Of a DNA stretch of 32,000 bases, positions 16,855 through 24,960 are shown one piece after another. The stretch comes from an uncultured archaeon (GTDB lineage Archaea > Asgardarchaeota > Thorarchaeia > Thorarchaeales > Thorarchaeaceae). Within the stretch, counting starts at the first letter, position 1; every line of letters starts with the position of its first letter. Below the pieces are notes generated by a model. It was not told where the DNA came from and ran no database searches. It was given only the letters and a program-made list of their open reading frames with translations. The stretch is from positions 76,811 through 108,810 of the forward strand of contig CAYHAA010000011.1 of NCBI GenBank assembly GCA_964354495.1. The letters are read 5' to 3'. The translations under genes and the position numbers were made by a program.

Positions 16855-17816
16855 ATGAGAACAATCGAGAAGCTCAGGTGGCAGCCCAGGTGGGTTTCAC
16901 ATCTAGGATGCATTGAGGGATGCCTGAAGTACTTGAAGAGCAAGGTGCCGACAGCTTGGTTGTACGGAAGCACTGGTCACGCCTTTGCCCTCAACCTTGC
17001 ACAAGACCTTTGTCCGAGTGGACCTACAGCTTGGAGAACAGACATGCTCTTCAAGTTGGCGCCCAACTTGGGGTACAAGGTCGAAGGAATGCTTACTTTG
17101 AAGAGCAACCCCAGGTTTTCAGAGCAGCAGGAAAGAGCTTGGGCGTTTGTCAAGAATTGCATCGACAATGGTGTTCCCTGCTACGGCTGGGAGTTGGATG
17201 TGGCAGAATACGATGTCATCAATGGCTATACTGACGGAGGTTACATTTATTCTCGTCCCGGACACGTTAAAGAGACTGGACTACTGCCTTGGAATGAACT
17301 AGGCACATCTCCTATTGGCATCCTGGAGATTCATTCAGTTCATCCTACAGACACTGCTGATTCTAGCAAAGCAATCAAGGAGTCCTTTCAGAATGTACTA
17401 TACCATGCGGGCAATCCCTCAGATCTAATACTCCCCAGCTATCGTTCGGGCATTGCTGGCTATGATTGGTGAATTGCTGCGATAGAAGATGGCAGTGACT
17501 TTCATTTGGTCATTCTTACAATGCTGCTGTCTGGTCGGAGTGCAGAAGGTATGCAGTTGCGTTTCTGAAAGAAGCGTGGAAGCACGTTGACAGCGAGGCT
17601 AGGAATCTGCTGGACGAAGCCCGTACATATTACGAAATTGTCGCGAGGAGCTTGGAACACATCACAAGAGAGTATCCGTTCTCGCCATCACTTCAGCAAC
17701 AGCCTATAGGAGTCGATGGGAGGACTGGCCCCGCAGTTGAAGCCATTAGAAGCGCAAGAGAGGCAGAGAAGAATGGCTTGAGAACACTGACGAGTCTGGT
17801 AGATGTTCTAAGCTAA
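16855..17816 (+). pseudogene. Disrupted hypothetical protein (weak BtrH/C39-like papain-fold resemblance)
   Basis: The 205-aa ORF ends at TGA 17470 in GYDW*IAAIEDG. After a 1-nt shift near 17505 the frame continues GHSYNAAVWSECRRYAVAFLKEA...LVDVLS to TAA 17814-17816. Confidence 0.78.
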
Positions 17817-17907
17817 GGATGTCCCCGAAGACTTGTTCTGTCTATGTGCGCGGGGTTTTCATCCACATCTGCCCCTACTGAGCTTTGCCGTTGCTCCATC
17901 AGTACGC

Positions 17908-18354
17908 TCACGCTGGCACAATCTCAAGCGCAATTCTGACTGCGCTTTCGACATATGCTGGGCAGAGTTTGGCAAATGTGCCATTTGCGAGAGCAGCTTT
18001 TCTGGCCTTGGCATCTGCCATGTTAATCCCGGTCAGGTCATTGCACAATATGCTACCATGCTTCTCCTTGAATCTTCGAATGAACTCCTCCCCTGAACGG
18101 TTCGTTGCCTCCTTGTGTGCCTGTACGTCAGCAAAGTCCTTGCTCTTGAGTACTCCAATGGCTGCGATGGCTCCCGAAACTGCTCCGCAGACGCCTCCTT
18201 CATGAACCATTCCTCCTCCGAATCCTGCTGTTAGGGGTATGACTTGTTCAAAGTCGAGATTCATTTCAGTGAGGATTGCCTTCATGACTGACTGAGCACA
18301 ATTGTGTTTCCCTGAGAAGAACTTCTTCGCCCGTGCTGCTGCATCATCGATCAT
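17908..18354 (-). CDS. C-GCAxxG-C-C family putative redox protein
   Basis: HNCAQSV, FGGGM..GGVCGAVSGA, HGSILC.DL and a final C...V match the four-Cys signature. Confidence 0.88.
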   Translation of the reverse strand: MIDDAAARAKKFFSGKHNCAQSVMKAILTEMNLDFEQVIPLTAGFGGGMVHEGGVCGAVSGAIAAIGVLKSKDFADVQAHKEATNRSGEEFIRRFKEKHGSILCNDLTGINMADAKARKAALANGTFAKLCPAYVESAVRIALEIVPA

Positions 18355-18454
18355 GATTCTTTTTAAAGCAGGTCACAGGATTATCAGGTTTTCTATCAGC
18401 AGACTCTCCTCACTAGCAGATCTTCTTCGAACGAGTAGTCGGCTTTCTTACATC

Positions 18455-19198
18455 TTACCTTCTGCGCCAAAATACAAGTGCGACGACAGCAATAACAGCT
18501 ACTGAGGCTACTCCAATGATCATCGGTGCATAATCGCCACCAATCTCAATGGTATCATAGACCATTACATTGTCGAATGCCCAGTCATCCCAAGTATAGA
18601 ATCCGAAATACTCGGTTGAATTGAGGTCTGTATTAGCGGCCTGGAGAATCAACGATGAATTCAGATATACCGACATCTGACCATCATTTGACCTAGTAAT
18701 CGCAAAATGCTGAAGAACCCCGATGAAGGTCGGTCTTGCTTCACTGATTTGGGTGTCGAGGATCACCTTTGGAAGACTATTCGTGAACTTCTCCAGGGTA
18801 TACGAGTATCTCGCGCCCTCTTCGCCCCCCGCATGGACAATGCTAAACGCATAGTAGTCCGAAACGGTCGGTAGACCTGAACTCATGAAGAAGATTTTGC
18901 AAATATCTAGTTCCTCATCGAATTCATTGCACTCGGTCAAATCAAACTTCCAAGTGCCCACACTGATATTGCTGGGACGATAGGCTCTGACTGCAGAAAT
19001 GTGATCTCCATCAACACCTCTCAACGCACCATCCTCAAGTCTACAAGATAGCAGGGTGGTCCACACTTCATGATCAAGCTCATCGAAAGTTTCGCTCCAG
19101 ACCAAAGTCGCAGCAACTTCCAGAGGTGTACACAAAAGGAAACCGAGAAGTGCGACGAGCCCGAATGTGATGCAATACCTGCGGTTCGCTCTCTTCAC
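18455..19198 (-). CDS. Secreted beta-sandwich (concanavalin A/LamG-like) protein with C-terminal membrane anchor
   Basis: Signal peptide, VWSETFD, GTWKFD, HFAITR..DG.MSVYLN..LIL.A and FDNV.V, then a TM helix and WRRR. Start probably GTG 19198 (track 19225). Fold call is by pattern only. Confidence 0.68.
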   Translation of the reverse strand: MKRANRRYCITFGLVALLGFLLCTPLEVAATLVWSETFDELDHEVWTTLLSCRLEDGALRGVDGDHISAVRAYRPSNISVGTWKFDLTECNEFDEELDICKIFFMSSGLPTVSDYYAFSIVHAGGEEGARYSYTLEKFTNSLPKVILDTQISEARPTFIGVLQHFAITRSNDGQMSVYLNSSLILQAANTDLNSTEYFGFYTWDDWAFDNVMVYDTIEIGGDYAPMIIGVASVAVIAVVALVFWRRR

Positions 19199-19272
19199 TT
19201 GCTTTCCCGAAACCGCAGATATCAAATGGCTATTATTCTGTTTTTCTTTCGGAGCAAACGAGCTCCAATATG

Positions 19273-20223
19273 CTATGCTGGCCTCTCTTTCTCGTAGTTA
19301 GTGCCAACTGCCTTTGGTGGCCTTGCCCTACCGATTCCTGCGAGAGCAATCACCACCAGAATGTATGGTATCATTTGAATGAAGTTATTGTACGGCAGAA
19401 GTTCAGGCACTACCAAGGATATGAATGATTGAAGAGCATCAAGAAATCCAAAGAACATGCCTGCCAAGAAGCACCCTATAGGTCTCCAACCACCGAATAT
19501 CAATGCTGCGAGTGCTATAAAACCTCGTCCTGAGGTCATGAGTTTCCCGAACCTTGAGCTGAATCCAATAGAGAGGCAAGCTCCTCCAAGTCCTGCAAGA
19601 CAGCCGCTTATGATGACAGCAACAAATCGAATTGTTTCCACGTTGACGCCAGCAGCATCTAGCGTGCTCGGGTCCTCGCCAGCGGCTCTGAGTCTCAGAC
19701 CAAAGGGAGTTTTGTACATAATCAGCCAACTAATAATGACTGCAAAGAACATCATATAGATCATGGGCGACAGAGAGCCAAACACTTCACCTATGATAGG
19801 AATTCCTTGAATTCCTGGAATCATGACTTGTGGTACTCTTGTAACTTCATCCGATATACCACGAGCCTGCCAAATCACCTCTAGCATCAGAGTTGTGAAA
19901 CCCGTCGCGAAAAGAATCACTCCTGTTCCACTGACAATATGGTTTCCCTTCAGCTTCACAGTTATTACTGCATGGACAGCAGCGAGCAGCCCGCCAGCTA
20001 CTACGGAGACAACGATGCCAATCCAGGGATTGTTTGAGAAGTATGTGGCCGCTACAGCCCCAAATGCCCCAATCAACATCATTCCCTCAAGTCCGATGTT
20101 CACAATACCTGATCTCTCACTGAACATCCCACCCAATGCAGTCAAGATGAGAGGAGTCGCCATTTGGAGGGTTGTCTCAATCAGCCAGGCAATCATTACA
20201 ACAGAAAACGGATCTACTTGCAT
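19273..20223 (-). CDS. ABC transporter permease (nucleoside/BMP-associated CUT2 type, second permease)
   Basis: ATPL.L.ALGG.FSERSG.VNIGLEG, TPFGLRLRAAGE.P.....AGVNV, GRGFIALAA.IFG.W and PYIL...AL motifs. Confidence 0.92.
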   Translation of the reverse strand: MQVDPFSVVMIAWLIETTLQMATPLILTALGGMFSERSGIVNIGLEGMMLIGAFGAVAATYFSNNPWIGIVVSVVAGGLLAAVHAVITVKLKGNHIVSGTGVILFATGFTTLMLEVIWQARGISDEVTRVPQVMIPGIQGIPIIGEVFGSLSPMIYMMFFAVIISWLIMYKTPFGLRLRAAGEDPSTLDAAGVNVETIRFVAVIISGCLAGLGGACLSIGFSSRFGKLMTSGRGFIALAALIFGGWRPIGCFLAGMFFGFLDALQSFISLVVPELLPYNNFIQMIPYILVVIALAGIGRARPPKAVGTNYEKERPA

Positions 20224-21701
20224 TAGTCAGCCGCCTCCTTCTGTTCATCCCTGTGAGGCTCGAATCTCATCAGTAGAATTGAGATGATCAATCCAAATCC
20301 TGCTAATGTAAGCGCAACAGAAACCACAGAAGATGCTGCCATGGACAGGCCCGAGAGAAGCACCAAAGCCCAGAGAAGAGCCACGATCCAAGTTACTCTA
20401 GTTCGCCGCCAGTCTCTCTTGAAGTGAAATACAGCTACAACAAGGCCTCCAATACTGGTCACAAAACCCAGAAGAAGCAGTGAAAAGTTCGTTGATACAA
20501 ATTGACCGGTGACTAATATTCCCATGAAGGCTCCAAAAACACCGTATGAGAGTGCAATTAGACTCAGAAAGCCTATTCTTGGTCCATCCTTTATCCATCT
20601 TGCATAAGCGACTCCATGGCCTGAGAACCAATCTATTAGGCGAGGTGCAGCGACAAACAGCACAACAAGACCTTGGATGACCTGCACCATCTCGCTTGGC
20701 ACCTCAGCATTTGTCTGCATGAACAGCCCACCTGCCTTGAGAGCGCCGAAGAATATGGCTCCCCCTAGGACTCCCCAAGGGTTATTCCTGCCGAGGACTG
20801 CTACGGTAATACCATCGAATCCCAGACCAGCTGACCAGCCATCGTAGAATCTATGATAGTAACCTTGGACCTCGACAGCACCAGCAAGACCTGCCAGTCC
20901 TCCGCTCAATCCCAGAGCAATTGCCATGCTGCGTTTGGCATCAATCCCTGCGGTTCTAGCGGCATCTTCATTGGACCCAACTGCTCTCATTTCGTAACCC
21001 ATGACAGTCCTACTGATGAAGAAATCCACAAGCACGACGAGTAGTACTGCTATGATAAACCCCCAATGCAAAAATGCACTTCCAAGGATTTTGGGAATTT
21101 CAGCAGAATCGAAAATGACCGGAGAAACACTCCTCCAATCACCAGGATTGTGCATTGGACCCTGTGAAACCATCCACTGGGTGAAGAACACTGCGGCATA
21201 ACTCAACATCATTGTCGTGACAACTTCATGGGCACCCCTGTAGGCTCTGAGTAGACCTGGTAGAAACGCATAAAGGAAACCAACACCGGCACCAATAACC
21301 AGACAAGCTAATTGGTGAACAACAATAGGAAGGGCTATCATATATCCTACGGCAGTTGCGGCTAGGGAGCCCATGTACAGCTGACCTTCGGCACCTATAT
21401 TGAAGAGCCCGCACTTGAAGGCCAAAGCTACTGATAGTCCTGCGAGGAGGAGCGGGGTTGCTCTCCATAGTACTTGGTCAAAATTCAGAATTGCTCCCAA
21501 CGCTAGAGCTGAGAATGCATCAAGTGGATTATATCCTGTCGCGAGCATGATAATGGCTGCTGTGCCCAAAGCAAGTATGATCGATGCAAAGGTATGCAAG
21601 ATATTTCGATGTAGGCTCCTCGAACTCAATCTCATCACAAAACGATCAATGAATGTGAGTTTCGATGTCTGCTCCACCGGAGGAGCACTTTCTTCAATCA
21701 T
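20223..21701 (-). CDS. ABC transporter permease (CUT2 type, first permease) with C-terminal multi-TM extension
   Basis: GLFNIGAEGQ, EV.TT.ML.Y, GYE.RAVG.N..AA..AGI and GFDGI.VA.LGRNNP motifs. The core ends near aa 355 and about 130 further hydrophobic residues follow. Confidence 0.9.
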   Translation of the reverse strand: MIEESAPPVEQTSKLTFIDRFVMRLSSRSLHRNILHTFASIILALGTAAIIMLATGYNPLDAFSALALGAILNFDQVLWRATPLLLAGLSVALAFKCGLFNIGAEGQLYMGSLAATAVGYMIALPIVVHQLACLVIGAGVGFLYAFLPGLLRAYRGAHEVVTTMMLSYAAVFFTQWMVSQGPMHNPGDWRSVSPVIFDSAEIPKILGSAFLHWGFIIAVLLVVLVDFFISRTVMGYEMRAVGSNEDAARTAGIDAKRSMAIALGLSGGLAGLAGAVEVQGYYHRFYDGWSAGLGFDGITVAVLGRNNPWGVLGGAIFFGALKAGGLFMQTNAEVPSEMVQVIQGLVVLFVAAPRLIDWFSGHGVAYARWIKDGPRIGFLSLIALSYGVFGAFMGILVTGQFVSTNFSLLLLGFVTSIGGLVVAVFHFKRDWRRTRVTWIVALLWALVLLSGLSMAASSVVSVALTLAGFGLIISILLMRFEPHRDEQKEAAD

Positions 21702-23533
21702 TGAAGCACCTCCTCCAAGTGTCCGGCCATTAGCAGTCCCAACTCTTGCGGCGTAGTCGTTTCAGGATCTCTTATTGCAACTATTCGACCATCGAATATG
21801 ACTCCGATCCTATCCGAAAGGTTACGTATCTCGTCAAGCTCAGCTGAGATTAGGAGTACACCGACACCTGAATCTCTAAGGAAGATGAGTACATTATGGA
21901 TGTATTCAGTTGCGCCAACATCTAAGCCCCTTGTTGGTTGAGCAGCTACTAGGACAACAGGCTCAGAGCTGAGCTCCCTTGCAACGACTAGCTTTTGCTG
22001 GTTACCACCTGACAGGGTATCTGCAGTATCTGTAACCCTACCTGCTTTAATGGAAAAGCCACGAACAAGCTTCTCCGCATTTCTCTGAATTGCATTGAGA
22101 TTCAGAAAACCTGGGAGTCCTGCTTTCTTGAAAGAGTACGGTGGACGATAGTGGTTTCCCAAGGCCAAGTTCTCTTCTATTGTGAATGGAAGGATGAGAC
22201 CTCTTTTATGGCGATCTTCTGGAATATGGGCGATGCCTGCCTCCCTCATTGTTCTTGGGGCTTTTCCGACAACATTCTTGCCGTTGACATAAATGCTTCC
22301 TTGTTCGGATTTCAGGAGACCTGTTAGAACCTCAACTAGCTCTGTTTGTCCGTTTCCCTCAACCCCGGCTATACCGAATATCTCTCCCGCTCTTACTTGG
22401 AAGGTCACGCCCTTTACTGCCGGCAATCCTTGTGCATCGTTTGCGACAATGTTTTGAACATCCAGCACGACATCCCCAGGGGTAGCAGGGCCTTTCTCAA
22501 CCCGAAACACCACGGGTCTCCCGACCATCATTTGGGCTAATTCCTCGGGGGATGTATCGGCTGTATTCACTGTCCCGACGAGTTCACCATCTCGAAGCAC
22601 ACTGATTCTATCGCACAGGGCCATGGGTTCTCTGAGTTTATGCGTTATCAGGATGATTGTCTTGCCGCTCTCTTTGAATTTCTCCAATGTGACAAAGAGT
22701 TCGTCCACTTCTTGAGGGGTGAGAACGGAGGTTGGTTCGTCAAGTATCAGTATCTCTGCTTCCCGATAGAGCGCCTTGATGATTTCAACACGCTGTTGAA
22801 GACCTACTGAGATGTCAAGGATTCTTGCGTGTGGGTCTATGGCGAGGCCGTTTTCGTTCGCAATTCTCATTATCTTCTCAGCTGCTTCCTGAATTCCCAA
22901 GGGGATGAAATTCATGATGAAATATCGGAAGGTCATCGATATCGAATACAGAAATCGGGCGATTAAGCCCACAATTCCGCTGGTCTTGGTGCGAGGGTAC
23001 AGCTTCTCTATCAGGTAGTTCATGATACTATAAGATCTGTAAGCAGCAATGATGACAAGGATCAGAGCAACTGAGGTTACCAGCGCAGGAATGAATCCGA
23101 CAAATAGAAAGAAGAGAGAAACAGTGAAGGCCAAGACAAGCAAAGTTGTAACGAGGGCAGTTATGTTGTGGCTCCTGCCAGGCGACTCATATCCCATCAT
23201 GATGTTCTCAGTCACAGTAAGTGGTTGTATGAGTTTGAAATGCTGATGCACCATTCCAACTCCTCGGTTTATCGCATCTTCTGGGGATCGAAGAACGACT
23301 TCCTGCTCCTTTATCTTGACAGTTCCAGCAGTGGGTGAGAGGAGTCCGTACAAGATGTTCATTGCAGTGGACTTACCAGCCCCGTTTTCTCCCAATAGCC
23401 CGTGGACCTCACCTTGTTCGATTCTGAGCGTGATGTTCTTGTTCGCCTGAACGCCCCCGGGGAATATTTTAGTGATGTTTTCGAGCTCTACTGCGTAGAT
23501 AGCATGCACCTCCAAGTGGCTGCACTGCGCCAT
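21698..23533 (-). CDS. ABC transporter ATPase, tandem NBD (CUT2 type), with hydrophobic insertion
   Basis: Walker A GENGAGKS, Q-loop MVHQHF, ISVGLQQRVEI, LILDEPT; the second NBD has GVEGNGQ, LSGGNQQK and AQPTRGLD. The start may be ATC 23500 rather than ATG 23533. Confidence 0.92.
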   Translation of the reverse strand: MAQCSHLEVHAIYAVELENITKIFPGGVQANKNITLRIEQGEVHGLLGENGAGKSTAMNILYGLLSPTAGTVKIKEQEVVLRSPEDAINRGVGMVHQHFKLIQPLTVTENIMMGYESPGRSHNITALVTTLLVLAFTVSLFFLFVGFIPALVTSVALILVIIAAYRSYSIMNYLIEKLYPRTKTSGIVGLIARFLYSISMTFRYFIMNFIPLGIQEAAEKIMRIANENGLAIDPHARILDISVGLQQRVEIIKALYREAEILILDEPTSVLTPQEVDELFVTLEKFKESGKTIILITHKLREPMALCDRISVLRDGELVGTVNTADTSPEELAQMMVGRPVVFRVEKGPATPGDVVLDVQNIVANDAQGLPAVKGVTFQVRAGEIFGIAGVEGNGQTELVEVLTGLLKSEQGSIYVNGKNVVGKAPRTMREAGIAHIPEDRHKRGLILPFTIEENLALGNHYRPPYSFKKAGLPGFLNLNAIQRNAEKLVRGFSIKAGRVTDTADTLSGGNQQKLVVARELSSEPVVLVAAQPTRGLDVGATEYIHNVLIFLRDSGVGVLLISAELDEIRNLSDRIGVIFDGRIVAIRDPETTTPQELGLLMAGHLEEVLQ

Positions 23534-23608
23534 TTCCGAGCGGATTTCATGTCAAAAGCAAAAAACATACGCGAGTATTTAACATTGAGGTATCTGTGAA
23601 ACAGGGAG

Positions 23609-23641
23609 AAAAAAGAGAGGAAGAGGGGATTATTCCCCTCT
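23609..23641 (-). terminator. Intra-operon hairpin plus U tract between the BMP gene and the ATPase gene
   Basis: Minus strand AGAGGGGA-ATAA-TCCCCTCT (23641..23622), then TCCTCTC-TTTTTT. It begins 12 nt after the BMP stop. Confidence 0.55.
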
Positions 23642-23653
23642 GATACACTAAGC

Positions 23654-24718
23654 CTATGTCCAGTACACATCGTTTGGAACTACGTAGGTTCCGTTCATGA
23701 TCCCGGTTCTGACCATCTCGACCTGAGTAATGACATCTTCTGGCAATGTGAGCAGAGCTTCATTGACCTCGTAGTCGTGTCCACCGTTCGATAGATCGTA
23801 GAACTTCAATCCACTTACCCAGGTGCCGATGACTGCATCATGCATGAGATCGTATGTTGCAATATCAACGCGCTTCAGCATTGAAGTCAGGCAAACTGTT
23901 GGTGGTTCCGGACTGGTTGTGTTTTCGCAACCCAAGTACATCTGAGGCGAGTCGACTCCGATGACCCACAATGGATGCGGTGAGGTCTCATTGTCTTCCT
24001 TAGCCGCTTCAAAGGCACCGAGGCCTGATCTGCCGGCTGCAGCAAACACAATGTCTGCATTACCAGCGTACATGCCCGATGTCATTGTTTTACCAGTGGC
24101 GGTGTCTGCCCAATCACCCACATACTGAGCTACTTTATCAATACCTGGATTCGTGATGTTCGCTCCATAGACATAACCTGCGTAGAACTTACGGATAAGT
24201 GGAATATCCATGCCACCAAGGAAACCGATCTTATCAGTCGTGGTCATGAGGCCAGCAATCGCACCAACAAGAGCTGAGCCCTGGTTCTCAGTGAACAGGA
24301 CTGACGCCACGTTAGTGTAGTTCGTTGGGTCAATGAACATGTCTATGATTGCGAATTCCTGGTCAGGATAGTCATCAGCAACTGCCATTACAGCATCGGC
24401 CTGATCAAAGCCAACGCTGATAATGAGTGCATAGGGCTCGATTAGCCCAGCATGTGCTGCATACCCTCTGAGCAGTGATTCGTAGTCAGATATTGCCGCA
24501 GGCTCTGAGTACGTGAAGTTGATATTGTAGTCATTGTGCGCTTCTGTGGCACCCTCAAGTACACCGTCATTGAATGACTTGTCGCCCAATCCACCCGTTG
24601 CAAATACTATTGCAACCTCATTCGGATTGTGCACTGGTTGAATCATGAGGTATACGCCGACACCAGCGACGCCAATGACCACGATTAGAACTATCGCGAT
24701 AATTGCGTTCTTATTCAT
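23654..24718 (-). CDS. BMP-family (PnrA/TmpC-like) ABC substrate-binding protein, N-terminally membrane anchored
   Basis: GGLGDKSFND, F.IID, G.LVG.IA...T.T.KIGF.GG..IP....F..GY..GA, AD.VF.AAG.SG.G, IGVDS.Q and SMLKRVD motifs. The N-terminal hydrophobic helix has no lipobox Cys. Confidence 0.92.
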   Translation of the reverse strand: MNKNAIIAIVLIVVIGVAGVGVYLMIQPVHNPNEVAIVFATGGLGDKSFNDGVLEGATEAHNDYNINFTYSEPAAISDYESLLRGYAAHAGLIEPYALIISVGFDQADAVMAVADDYPDQEFAIIDMFIDPTNYTNVASVLFTENQGSALVGAIAGLMTTTDKIGFLGGMDIPLIRKFYAGYVYGANITNPGIDKVAQYVGDWADTATGKTMTSGMYAGNADIVFAAAGRSGLGAFEAAKEDNETSPHPLWVIGVDSPQMYLGCENTTSPEPPTVCLTSMLKRVDIATYDLMHDAVIGTWVSGLKFYDLSNGGHDYEVNEALLTLPEDVITQVEMVRTGIMNGTYVVPNDVYWT

Positions 24719-24767
24719 ATTCAGTCTCTCCTAAGAGTTAGCTAAGTGTAACCCGCAAGCTATCTCA

Positions 24768-24785
24768 AGTCAATAGCTATTGACT
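24768..24785. promoter_or_regulatory. Perfect 18-bp palindrome AGTCAATAGCTATTGACT, probable operator of the ABC operon
   Basis: Exact inverted repeat 49 nt upstream of the BMP start, just downstream of the TATA-like TGTAAATA (24797..24790, minus strand). Confidence 0.6.
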
Positions 24786-24960
24786 GGGCTATTTACACAA
24801 CACGCACCCTAAAAAAGCCTACCAATTGGTGAGAAAGTCTTGCGCAACCTGCAGGATGGCTTAAACCAACCGCTTGAGTTGATTATCTGAAATTTGACGG
24901 ACAAAACGTATGTGCACTGAATCACTATTAGATGTTGATGGTTGCGTCGTTTGATTTGGT

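Noticed and set aside
19251-19266. GGAGC/GCTCC hairpin after the ABC operon as a terminator
   Set aside because: Only a 5-bp stem, and the downstream minus-strand tract is A-rich rather than U-rich.
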